Below, piece after piece: positions 52,252-62,046 of a stretch of DNA of 64,000 nucleotides; the stretch's first letter is position 1; each line of letters starts with the position of its first letter. A program made the translations under genes and the position numbers. The notes beneath the pieces are model-generated. The model did no database searches and had not been told where the DNA came from. It saw nothing but the letters and a program-made list of their open reading frames with translations. The stretch lies in IMG/VR virus record IMGVR_UViG_3300008262_000183; one strand, 5' to 3'. The DNA comes from an uncultured virus (IMG/VR IMGVR_UViG_3300008262_000183) (lineage: Duplodnaviria; Heunggongvirae; Uroviricota; Caudoviricetes).

Positions 52252-54357
52252 ATGAGCTTTTTAGATAGTAATAATTCAGAATATTTGTCAGCCAGAATAA
52301 CCAGAAAGGGTAGAAAGTCTATTGCTGAAGGTAATTTTGTTATAAAATATTTTCAGGTTGGCGATTCTGAATTTGATTATACGTTTAGTGGATATACTGG
52401 TACAACGCACCAAAGAGTGTTAGCACCTATGGACGGCGATCAACATATCAAATATCCATATCTAGTTAGCTCTGGTGAAACAATTAATTTTGGTAATGCT
52501 ATTCAACAATCTTTAACAGAAACAATTAAAAACCCGATGGGCCCAGCAGGGTTTGTATCAAATTATAAACCATATGATGCTGAAGAATGTAGCGGTACAA
52601 CTGTTGAGTGCTTAGTTAAAGAAATTGATATTACTCAAATCGATGGTACAAATTTATTATCAGTTACTGGTGCAACCGGATACACTGGTTGTGAATATAT
52701 TACGATATTATTTAAAACAAGATTATGCGGACAGGATTATACATTAACTGGTGAAACACAAAGTTTAGTTTATAAGATAGTAGATATTTCTGCAAATGAA
52801 ATTGAACTAGATAGACCTATGCCTAATTTAACTGGAGAAACTGGATATGCACAAGTTATATGTAATAAGTGTAGTTTAGAATATCCAGAAACACCAACAG
52901 AATCAACAGTTTGTTCACCTGTACCGGTTGATAATTTAGACCAACACGATCCATGGTCATTAGAATTAATCTGGACTCAAAAACCAGCGGGATTAGATTC
53001 AAATGCTTTTCAAGATTTACTTGATGAAAATATTAGTGGATATACCGGAACCCAATTTGCATCACTAAAAGAGTATCTTGGGTACACATCAACATCTGGC
53101 CAAACATTTACAAATTTAACTGGAGGGACAATTTCAAATCCAACATCTTACACAAATTCATTTGGTGAAAAGATTAATATCAAACCAGAAGATCAAAGAT
53201 GTATTGCAGTTATTCATTATTCAGAATTAGGTGATATTGTTAATGATCCTGAAAGATTTTTTAAGTATGATGATTATATCGGATCAAGTACAACAGATGA
53301 GTACGAAATTGATGGTGTAGATGTTTCAGATACAGATTATTTTGAGGTCTATATTCCGTTTGTTTTTTATCACAGAAATACTGGAAGTACTATCGGTGCA
53401 AAATTTGTAATGGATACAACAAATTATTATGTTTCATCATCAAAAAACAATAAACCAAACACTAATAATGTTAAGTTTAGATTTTTGTTGGATGAACAAG
53501 GTAATAGAGTTGGTAAAGTTTTCGTTGATAAAAAAATAATTGTTTTTGATGACCAAGAATTGGTTGCAATACTTGATTATAAATCAAATAGAAAATGGAC
53601 ACTTCCAGCACCTAGGTTTAGTACAGTTCCAGTTGATCTACCAACATTCTATGATTTAACACCGGTTGTTCAAACCGGAGAAACAGCGTGGGTGACCTAT
53701 ATGTTCCAATACACCGGAGATACTGGTAGAAACGGTATGCACTGTAATTATTATGGGAAAATAACTGGATCAACAGATTCAAATATTGGTTTTAAATTTG
53801 ATACTAATGATTTCGCTTATTTAAGCTCATCATCATATTTCACAGGATTTACAGCAAATAAGTTTTTTGCCTTAGTTCAAGTAATACCCACAGGAAATCA
53901 ACCAACAACAGATGATTGGAGAATGGTTGATTTAACATCACAAATATCTGGACATACAGTTGGTAATTTAATACCAGGTAATAAAATGTGTGGATATCAA
54001 TTTGTTGTAACTGGAGACATGGTAGATTCTGCTGATTATTATGATATTGAAGAATTCTTAGGAAATCAACCATCAGATACTCAGACAACATTACCACAAT
54101 TTGGAGACACACAACCATTCCCCGGAGCGGTTAAGTTAACCAGAGCAACAGACGTTGAGGTATTAAACTTCATGGTTAATCTACCATCAACACAATTCTT
54201 ACATACACAAAATCCAACTTATGTTTCTGGTTTACCTAAAAAAATTACTGAGGTTGCATTATTAAATGATAACAAAGAACCATTAGTAATTGCTAAAACG
54301 GCTAAACCAATAACCAGAACTGCGGCTCAAGTGTTCTCCGTAAAATTAGATTTCTAA
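52252..54357 (+). CDS. Baseplate/tail-fibre attachment protein
   Basis: ITRKGR..IA.G...IKYFQVGD at the N-terminus and ITEVALLND...LVIAK..KPI at the C-terminus resemble tail-collar/fibre attachment domains. Confidence 0.55.
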   Translation: MSFLDSNNSEYLSARITRKGRKSIAEGNFVIKYFQVGDSEFDYTFSGYTGTTHQRVLAPMDGDQHIKYPYLVSSGETINFGNAIQQSLTETIKNPMGPAGFVSNYKPYDAEECSGTTVECLVKEIDITQIDGTNLLSVTGATGYTGCEYITILFKTRLCGQDYTLTGETQSLVYKIVDISANEIELDRPMPNLTGETGYAQVICNKCSLEYPETPTESTVCSPVPVDNLDQHDPWSLELIWTQKPAGLDSNAFQDLLDENISGYTGTQFASLKEYLGYTSTSGQTFTNLTGGTISNPTSYTNSFGEKINIKPEDQRCIAVIHYSELGDIVNDPERFFKYDDYIGSSTTDEYEIDGVDVSDTDYFEVYIPFVFYHRNTGSTIGAKFVMDTTNYYVSSSKNNKPNTNNVKFRFLLDEQGNRVGKVFVDKKIIVFDDQELVAILDYKSNRKWTLPAPRFSTVPVDLPTFYDLTPVVQTGETAWVTYMFQYTGDTGRNGMHCNYYGKITGSTDSNIGFKFDTNDFAYLSSSSYFTGFTANKFFALVQVIPTGNQPTTDDWRMVDLTSQISGHTVGNLIPGNKMCGYQFVVTGDMVDSADYYDIEEFLGNQPSDTQTTLPQFGDTQPFPGAVKLTRATDVEVLNFMVNLPSTQFLHTQNPTYVSGLPKKITEVALLNDNKEPLVIAKTAKPITRTAAQVFSVKLDF

Positions 54358-54398
54358 TTTCTATTTACATTATTATTTTTTTGATTTATAATTAATCT

Positions 54399-55001
54399 AT
54401 GGATGCTAAAATTAAAAGTAAGTCCAAGATACTTGGATTAGACATTTCAACAAAAACCATAGGTTGGGCTTTGTTTGATTTAACTGGTAAAAATTTATTA
54501 GAATTAACACATTTCTCACCTAAGATCAAACCACAACCAGAGGACAAATTAGAAGAACTAATAAAGAAAGCAGATGCGTTTAATAAAAAATTGAGTGAAT
54601 ATGTGGGGTTAGGTATTGTTAAAGTGATAATCGAAGAACCATTACTTAATTCAAATAATGTGTATACTGTAGGTACTCTTTTGCGTTACAATACCATGGT
54701 GTGTAAATCAGTATATGATACCCTAGGTATTGTTCCAACATTTATTTCAACATATAACGCTAGAAAACATGCGTTCCCAGATTTGGTTGGCGATAATGGT
54801 AAAAATAAACATGTGTTATTTGGTGGCTATCCAAAAGACATTGACAAAAAGCATGTTATTTGGGAGCACGTTAATGCTGTATGCCCAGAAGTAAAATGGT
54901 TGTACGGAAAAGGTGGAAATTTAAAAAAAGAAAATTATGATATGGCCGATGCAGCAACAGCTGTTATTGGTTATATCAATATGATAAAACAAGGCGAATA
55001 A
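54399..55001 (+). CDS. RuvC-like Holliday junction resolvase
   Basis: ILGLDISTKTIGW, VIIEE and YDMADA. Confidence 0.8.
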   Translation: MDAKIKSKSKILGLDISTKTIGWALFDLTGKNLLELTHFSPKIKPQPEDKLEELIKKADAFNKKLSEYVGLGIVKVIIEEPLLNSNNVYTVGTLLRYNTMVCKSVYDTLGIVPTFISTYNARKHAFPDLVGDNGKNKHVLFGGYPKDIDKKHVIWEHVNAVCPEVKWLYGKGGNLKKENYDMADAATAVIGYINMIKQGE

Positions 55002-55054
55002 AAAAGGCAACAAATATTTCCAAATAATTTTTTATTTGTTTATATTTAATTTAA

Positions 55055-55128
55055 GGCGGAAATGTAATAGTTTTTATTACATTTGGTTGGTTCCCTCAGA
55101 GGGTGGTGTCTCTGGGGGATTTTTTTTT
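55055..55128 (+). ncRNA. Candidate small RNA / double hairpin ending in an intrinsic terminator
   Basis: AAATGTAATAG/TTATTACATTT stem, then GGTTGGT, then TCCCTCAGAG/CTCTGGGGGA and a T9 run. Confidence 0.4.
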
Positions 55129-55154
55129 ATCAAATAATTTATTTATATTTCACT

Positions 55155-55734
55155 ATGAACACCACAGAATTAGATTCTTCCGCTATTGTAGAGATCCTAG
55201 AAGACATTTTAGGTGACTACTATTTGCATAATGATGCAAAGGGACAAATTTCCTTTGATTGTCCTGTTTGTTCCTTATGAGGGGCCATATAGTGGTAGAA
55301 TAATAATCCCATCGTACAATTCTGAAAAAGAATTAAATTATTTTGTTGCCAGATCCTATTTTGATAATACCAAGATGAAATATAAGAATCCGGAAGTTCA
55401 AAAAGAGATAATCATTTTTAATGAAAGTTTAATTGATTGGGACAAAGAGGTTTATCTTGTTGAAGGGGCGTTTGATAGCATTTTTGTTGAAAACTCAATA
55501 CCATTACTAGGTAAAGTAATGAGCGAACACATACACTCTACCTTGTATGATAATGCTAAAAAAATAACCATAGTTTTGGATGGGGATGCCTGGGAAGACG
55601 CACAAAATTTATTTCATAAATTGAATACAGGTAAATTATTTGGTAAAACATGGATTGTTAAACTACCAAAAGATAAGGATATTGCTGATTTAAAAGGCGA
55701 TTTCACCAATTTAGAAAAAATACAATTAGATTAA
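55155..55734 (+). pseudogene. DNA primase (DnaG-like), split with an apparent internal deletion
   Basis: 55155..55280 ends after a single CPVC. The +1 frame continues GRIIIP, YFVARS, KYKNP and TOPRIM VEGAFD/LDGDA. Confidence 0.75.
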
Positions 55735-55735
55735 T

Positions 55736-56497
55736 ATGGAATTACTACTAGAATTAAACAAGTTTGACCACATTAAGTATCATGATGAGCCACATCATTA
55801 TTATATTAATGACAAACTAATGACATCTGCAACCACTTTCATTGGAAAATTTAAAAATAAATTTGATAGTGACGGGCAAGCAGAAAAATATGCTAATAAA
55901 CATGGTTTAATTAAAGAAAATGTTTTAGCAGAATGGGATCACAAGCGTGATTATAGTACTATTAAGGGTAGTGCGGTTCATGATTATGCTGAAAATCACT
56001 GGAATAATAAAATTTTTCCATATGACGACGCTCCAGCAGTAACTAGATTTGGTGAGGACATTGTTAAACCAGCTTATGATAAATGCGTAAAATTATTTGA
56101 CAAATTTTATCAAGATAGTAGAGTAAATTTAGTACCTTTAAAAAGCGAATTTGTTATTGGTGACGAAGAGTTAGGTATTTGTGGTATGATCGATCAATTA
56201 TTTTGGAATAAAAAATCTAATCAAATACAAATTTGGGATTGGAAAACCAATAAAGCCATTAACATGAAAAGTGATTATGGTAATAAGTTTAAAAAACCGA
56301 TTTCACATTTGGATGAGTGTGAATTTAACACATATAGTTTGCAAACAAGTTTGTATAAGTACATAATTGAAAAAAATACAAACTTAAAAATTGGTGACTT
56401 ATATTTTGTTTGGTTGTTTGAGGGTAACGATAACTACCAAGTTTTTAAATGTAAGGATATGAAAGAAGAAATTATTTCCATGTTAAATTACAAGTAA
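55736..56497 (+). CDS. PD-(D/E)XK exonuclease
   Basis: SATTF, KGSAVH, GMIDQLF, IWDWKT and YSLQTSLY. Confidence 0.8.
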   Translation: MELLLELNKFDHIKYHDEPHHYYINDKLMTSATTFIGKFKNKFDSDGQAEKYANKHGLIKENVLAEWDHKRDYSTIKGSAVHDYAENHWNNKIFPYDDAPAVTRFGEDIVKPAYDKCVKLFDKFYQDSRVNLVPLKSEFVIGDEELGICGMIDQLFWNKKSNQIQIWDWKTNKAINMKSDYGNKFKKPISHLDECEFNTYSLQTSLYKYIIEKNTNLKIGDLYFVWLFEGNDNYQVFKCKDMKEEIISMLNYK

Positions 56498-56498
56498 G

Positions 56499-57317
56499 AT
56501 GATTAAAAAAATTGTACATATTGCTGATCTACACATAAGAACAATTCAATTACACGAATTGTACAAAAAACAATTTGATAAATTGTTAGAGGAAATTCAT
56601 GAGCATTCAGTAGTATGGACATCAGAAGGTGTTCATTGGGATGAAATTCGTATTGTTATTGCTGGAGATATTGCACATCAAAAAATTAACATATCAAACG
56701 AGCAATTATTGTTAACAGCTTGGCTATTGAATAAATTAAGTAGTTATGGTAAAGTTGTTATTATCCCAGGCAACCACGATTTTCTAGAAAACAATACACA
56801 AAGATTAGATAGTATAACACCAGTTGTTGAATTATTAGACAATAAAAATATTGTTTATTATAAAGATTCTGGTGTTTATGTTGACGATAATGTTGATTGG
56901 GTTGTCTATTCGCTATATCAGCATAATGCGAGACCTGATTTTAAAAAAGAAGATGATAGGTTTAGAGTTGGATTGTTTCATGGTCCGATTCAAGGAATGT
57001 CTACAGATTTAGGATTTAAATTTGAAGATGGTTATGACAGATTAAACTTTGTTGGCTTAGATTTACTTCTTTGTGGTGACATCCATAAAAGACAAACATT
57101 TATTCTACCTGGTGGTGGTAATGCGGTAATGGTTGGGTCTATTATTCAACAGAATTTTGGAGAAACAGTTAAGCATCATGGTTACGGTGTTTATGATGTG
57201 AAAACAAATAATTATAAATTCTTTGATTTGGAAAATGAACAACCATTTATGCACTTCAGGATAAACGATATAAAAGACATCGAAGATGAAAAAGAAACAC
57301 TTGTTAACGCTGGATGA
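56499..57317 (+). CDS. Metallophosphoesterase, SbcD/Mre11/gp47-like nuclease subunit
   Basis: ADLH, AGDI, PGNHD, FHG, GDIH and GS..QQNFGE. Confidence 0.85.
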   Translation: MIKKIVHIADLHIRTIQLHELYKKQFDKLLEEIHEHSVVWTSEGVHWDEIRIVIAGDIAHQKINISNEQLLLTAWLLNKLSSYGKVVIIPGNHDFLENNTQRLDSITPVVELLDNKNIVYYKDSGVYVDDNVDWVVYSLYQHNARPDFKKEDDRFRVGLFHGPIQGMSTDLGFKFEDGYDRLNFVGLDLLLCGDIHKRQTFILPGGGNAVMVGSIIQQNFGETVKHHGYGVYDVKTNNYKFFDLENEQPFMHFRINDIKDIEDEKETLVNAG

Positions 57318-57789
57318 TGACTTTGTAAAATATTGTGAGATAAACAATATTAAAGATGTTGAATCTTTGGCAAAAAAAGTATTTCAAAGAGGATTTACCA
57401 TAGAAAAGTATGGTGAGACCCCATCAATGGTTAAAGGGAAAGAAACTGTTATCGAAAAAGAAGTTATAAAAGAGATAATCAAAGAAGTTCCTGTTGAAAA
57501 GATTGTTGAAGTGATTAAAGAAGTGCCGGTAGAGAAGATTGTTGAGATAATCAAAGAAGTGCCAATAGAGGTTAAAGGCGAAACTCAAATAGTAACAAAA
57601 GAAGTTATAAAAGAGATTTCAGTTGAAAAGCCGATGTGGGATAATAAAAAAGAAAAAATGCTTGAGGATTTACAATCCGAAAATAAAAAGCTAACAATAG
57701 AGTTAGAAAAAATCACAAATACTCTTGAGAAAATAAATAAAGCAAAATATCTTAAGAGTAGTGATCTTAATAATTTATATGATGAATAA
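57286..57789 (+). CDS. Protein with EVPVEKIVEVIK repeats and a C-terminal coiled coil
   Basis: Repeated EVIKE/EVPVEK units. Ends NLYDE. Confidence 0.7.
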   Translation: MKKKHLLTLDDDFVKYCEINNIKDVESLAKKVFQRGFTIEKYGETPSMVKGKETVIEKEVIKEIIKEVPVEKIVEVIKEVPVEKIVEIIKEVPIEVKGETQIVTKEVIKEISVEKPMWDNKKEKMLEDLQSENKKLTIELEKITNTLEKINKAKYLKSSDLNNLYDE

Positions 57790-57801
57790 AAAAACAAGTT
57801 T

Positions 57802-58113
57802 ATGGATTTATTAATTTTATGGACATTCATTGGATATGGAATGTCAACAATTTTGGTTTATGGGTCAATTTTCGAAACAGCAAGAACCTGGATAAAAAGA
57901 AATTCCAAGTTCTTTGGTGATTTAATTGGCTGTATAATGTGTACATCAACATGGGTGGGATTTTTTATGTCACTAGCATTAGGTGGTTTAACAATCAAGT
58001 TTTTAAATGTTCATTGGTTCGTAGGTATATTCTTTGACGGAATGTTTACTTGTGGTGCTGTTTGGGCGGTAAATGCAATTATTGAATTTTTTGAGGAAAG
58101 TAGATTAAAATAA
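57802..58113 (+). CDS. Small membrane protein with CxxCxxxW (DUF1360-like)
   Basis: Three hydrophobic segments and LIGCIMCTSTW. Confidence 0.65.
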   Translation: MDLLILWTFIGYGMSTILVYGSIFETARTWIKRNSKFFGDLIGCIMCTSTWVGFFMSLALGGLTIKFLNVHWFVGIFFDGMFTCGAVWAVNAIIEFFEESRLK

Positions 58114-58117
58114 AAAT

Positions 58118-60320
58118 ATGAATCCATTTATTAAGGTTGAGTGGGAGGATGTTGTAGAAAACTTTACTCCAGAAAGAATTAAAAGAGTTAAAGCGTATTT
58201 CCAAAAGAAATACAATGCAACTAATGTACAAGTAATTACTAAAACATTATCTGGTGCAAAAGACACCAGATTAAAGACATTAGAAGTTACCGATAACATT
58301 CTAGATCCACAATATCAAAAAACATTAATGAAAGATTTTCTTTCAGAGAATAAAGTTGATGTTTCTTGGGAAATGATTGATCGTTTGGATAACAGAGTTA
58401 ATTCTGAAATTGATAAGATAAAACAGAATACCGTTAGATATAATAAATGGTTTATAAAAAAAGTTGAGTTTTCAAATTTCCTTTCATTTGGTAAGGATAA
58501 CACAATTAATTTTACTGAATTAGATGGCATAACAGTTATCGAATCAACACCAAGAAATTTTGGTGGTAAATCAACTTCATCCGTAGATTTATTAATGTTT
58601 TTGTTTTTTAATTCAACAACAAAAACAAAAACCAATATTGAAATTTTTAACAAGTTTACTGAAGATGATACTGTTTTAGTAAAGGGATATCTAACAATTG
58701 ATGGCGAAGATTATGTTATTGCCAGAACTCTTACTAGAAAGAAATCTAAATCGGGCGAATATAATGTTAAAAGTGATTTAGAGTTTTATAAAGATAACGG
58801 TGATGGAACATTAGAAAACTTAACCGGTGAACAAAGACGCGAAACCGAAACGTTTATTGCATCTGCTATTGGATCGGAAGAAGATTTCTTATCAACCATA
58901 TTGACTACTGGGTATAATCTAGAAGAATTGATCGAATCCAAACCAACCGCAAGAGGACAAATTCTTACTAAATTTTTAGGATTAGAAAGTCTTAAGCAGA
59001 AGGAAGAAATAGCAAAAGAGATATTCAATGATTGGTCTAAGAAGTTAGTTGGGAATACATATAATGTCGTTCAATTAGAATCTGATATTGAAAATTTTAA
59101 AGAAAGTATCACAGATTCAAATAACCAAATAAGTCAAAATGAAACCTTATTGGTTGAATATGGTAGTAAACTTAAATCATTAGAAGATCGTAGAGATTTG
59201 ATCTTAGGTCTTAGAAGTAACGATATTGATCAAGAGCTAATTAAAATTAATCCAGACTCATTACAAAAAGATATTGATGAGTTGGAGCAGAAAAAAAATG
59301 CTGCTAATTTAAATGCAAATGCGGTTGTTGTTGTTGAGCCATCAAAATATTATGATGAAGCTGAACATAAAGAACTTAGAAGTAAAATGTCAGAAATACA
59401 AGGGTTAGATGCCGTCTACAAGTATGAGAAAAGTGATAAAGAAAAATTGCTTAAACAACTAACCGATGGTACCATTTGTCCAACTTGTAAAAGAGCGTTA
59501 GATGATGTGGATCATAGTGATGAAATTGATGAGCTAAAAAAGCTTATCGAAGACATAACTAAAGAGATGATCTCTAATCAAGAAAAATTTGATCAGTTAA
59601 AAAATGAATCAAATACTTTTGATTTATTAAAAACAGAGTTTGAGACTTACGAAAGAAATAAACTTCGTAAAGAAAGATTTATATTAGAGTCTGAACAGAA
59701 ACAATTTGAAATAAATCAAATTAAGGATAAGATAACCCGCTATGAAAATAGTAGAAAAAAACTAGAAGAAAATCAAAAGATTGATGCCGAACTAATAACC
59801 CTCAGAACCAGAATTGAGACAGTTAATGGTGATATTAGAGTATCAAACACATTGATTGAAAGAAATAAGAATAACATTACTTCAATGCAAGAAAAGATTT
59901 AATCAGGAACTACATCGTTTGCTTATTGATAGTTGTTATTTTATTTTGGAATTAAACATTAATGAAAAAAATGAAGTTGAGTTTATTATGATTGATTCGG
60001 ATACCAGGGTTGTCAAACCGCTCACCGCTGGTTCAGGTTACGAAAGAACCATATCATCTTTAGCATTAAGATCTGTTTTAACTAAGATATCTTCATTACC
60101 AAAACCAAATATTGTTGTTATGGATGAGGTGTTTGGTAAAATTGCTGATGAGAATTTAGAAATGGTTGGTGAATTCTTCAAAAAGATTAAGAATTACTTT
60201 GAACATATTCTTGTCATTTCACACAATCCGTTAATCAGGAATTGGTCTGATAATATCATAATGATTAAAAAAGAAGATAATGTATCTTCAATTGACTACA
60301 TCACAACAGGTATTAGTTAA
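58118..60320 (+). pseudogene. SbcC/Rad50/gp46-like ATPase, split near 59900
   Basis: NFLSFG, Walker A NFGGKST and Zn-hook CPTC lie in 58118..59902. Signature GSGYE, Walker B VVMDE and ISH lie in the +1 frame ending at 60320. Confidence 0.8.
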
Positions 60321-60344
60321 TTTTTTTTATTAAAATATTTTAGC

Positions 60345-60352
60345 TATATTTG
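60345..60352 (+). promoter_or_regulatory. Bacteroidota-type -7 promoter element
   Basis: TATATTTG matches TAnnTTTG, 20 nt upstream of clpP. Confidence 0.5.
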
Positions 60353-60372
60353 TTATAGATAAAACAAATAAT

Positions 60373-61047
60373 ATGACCCAGAAGGATTTAAGAAGTTTTG
60401 ATCTTTACGCAAAAGATCGTGGCATCAGCTCATCAAACTTACATTATTTTAATAAAAATATTGAAAGTAGCTTAACACCATATATTTTAGAGGAAAGACA
60501 GTTAAATGTTACTGCTATGGATGTTTTTTCTAGATTAATGATGGAAAGAATTATTTGGGTAGCTGGTGAAGTAAATGACCACATGTCGACAATAGTTCAA
60601 GCGCAATTAATGTTCTTGGATAGTTTAGATAATAATGATATTACGATGCATATTGACAGTCCAGGTGGCTCTGTCAAATCTGGGTTATCTATGGTTGATG
60701 TTATGGAATACATTAATTCAGATATTAGAACAATCAACACCGGAATGGCTGCCTCTATGGGCTCGATTCTTTTGGGTGCAGGTACAAAAGGTAAGAGAGG
60801 TTCACTCAGATTTTCACGCACAATGTTGCATCAATCTAGTGGTGGATTTCGCGGGAATATCCAAGATGCAAAAATTGATATGATTGAGTGGGAAAAACTC
60901 AATAATTTACTTTTCGAATTATTGGGCGGCTATTGTGGTAAAGATGCTAAACAAGTTATGCAAGATGCGTCTAGAGATTTATGGCTATCTGCTGAAGATG
61001 CATTAGAATACGGTATTATTGACGAGATTGTCAAAAAGAAAAAATAA
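60373..61047 (+). CDS. clpP: ATP-dependent Clp protease proteolytic subunit
   Basis: DVFSRL..ERII, DSPGG, GMAASMG (Ser), MLHQ (His) and RDLWLSA..A.EYGIID (Asp). Confidence 0.95.
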   Translation: MTQKDLRSFDLYAKDRGISSSNLHYFNKNIESSLTPYILEERQLNVTAMDVFSRLMMERIIWVAGEVNDHMSTIVQAQLMFLDSLDNNDITMHIDSPGGSVKSGLSMVDVMEYINSDIRTINTGMAASMGSILLGAGTKGKRGSLRFSRTMLHQSSGGFRGNIQDAKIDMIEWEKLNNLLFELLGGYCGKDAKQVMQDASRDLWLSAEDALEYGIIDEIVKKKK

Positions 61048-61067
61048 TTTTTGCTTTTTTTAGATTT

Positions 61068-61099
61068 AAAGAGGGAAGTTTTTGACTTCCCTTTTTTTT
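61068..61099 (+). terminator. Intrinsic terminator after clpP
   Basis: AAAGAGGGAAGTT-TTT-GACTTCCCTTTTTTTT. Confidence 0.8.
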
Positions 61100-61122
61100 A
61101 TCTTTTCCTTATACTTATTATT

Positions 61123-61195
61123 AGACCTTGTGGTTGAATCGGAAGTGTCCTTGTGGCATTTGAGTTGGAATTGATACCAACGAATTCGGGTTCAA
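61123..61195 (+). ncRNA. Candidate structured 5' leader RNA
   Basis: TTGAATCGGAA/TTCGGGTTCAA encloses AGTGTC/GGCATT and GTTGG/CCAAC. Its 5' end is complementary to 62028-62040. Confidence 0.55.
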
Positions 61196-61216
61196 ATACA
61201 AAAAAATATAAGGAAA

Positions 61217-62020
61217 ATGAACAGAAGAATTTCAGTTAACACTGGTCTTGCTGTACCACAATCTTTCATTACCAAAGGTAAACAAAGATTAAAACAGCAC
61301 ATAGACACCGTATATCTTAACAACGGTGATGAGTTCGAAATCGAGCTTTACAATCCCACACAAAATAAAGTTTTAGCAAAAATCGAATTGAATGGTAATT
61401 CAATAGGGTCTGGTATTATTCTTCGCCCAGGTGAAAGAGTATTCTTAGAAAGATATTTGAATGAAGCCAAAAAGTTTTTGTTTGAAACATATAATGTAAA
61501 TGGGAATAATGAGGAAGTACAAAGAGCTATCGCTGAAAATGGTGATGTTACCGTTAAATTTTACAACGAAACAACACCAACCTATGGAACATACGGATCA
61601 GGTAGTAGCACGTTAACAATTAATAACCCAAATATAGGCTGGACTACAACAACAGGTACACCTTATTATGGAAATATGTTCACAACGACGTCTACTAACA
61701 ACGTAAATACATTTTATAATACGTCATTAACAAGTGGAACGTTCAGCACTTCTAACACCCTTCTTAAATCAAATTCAACAAACACAATAAGAAGTGTTGA
61801 GACAGGTAGGGTTGAAAAGGGATCAAGTTCGGATCAATCATTTACATATGATAGTTCGTCATTTTATACCCACCCATTTCATACAAATTGGTGGAAATTA
61901 AAACCACAGTCTACTAAGCCATTAGTTGCTGAGGATTTAGCCGTTTATTGCACAGAGTGTGGCGCAAAACGTAAAAAAGATAATCATAAGTTCTGTCCAC
62001 ACTGCGGAACAAAATACTAA
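61217..62020 (+). CDS. Protein with a beta-sandwich N-domain, Thr/Ser-rich linker and C-terminal zinc ribbon
   Basis: EFEIELYNPT...LRPGERVFLERY and C-terminal YCTECG...KFCPHCG. Confidence 0.75.
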   Translation: MNRRISVNTGLAVPQSFITKGKQRLKQHIDTVYLNNGDEFEIELYNPTQNKVLAKIELNGNSIGSGIILRPGERVFLERYLNEAKKFLFETYNVNGNNEEVQRAIAENGDVTVKFYNETTPTYGTYGSGSSTLTINNPNIGWTTTTGTPYYGNMFTTTSTNNVNTFYNTSLTSGTFSTSNTLLKSNSTNTIRSVETGRVEKGSSSDQSFTYDSSSFYTHPFHTNWWKLKPQSTKPLVAEDLAVYCTECGAKRKKDNHKFCPHCGTKY

Positions 62021-62046
62021 ATAAACTAATCACAAGGTCTTGTCTT

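Noticed and set aside
55736..56497. Cas4 / CRISPR adaptation gene
   Set aside because: It has a PD-(D/E)XK core, but no Cas4 Fe-S cysteine cluster is evident and the context is replication/recombination.
61123..62040. Transposon or invertible element bounded by inverted repeats
   Set aside because: No transposase or recombinase, no target duplication, and the single mismatch is a G-U pair. RNA pairing fits better.
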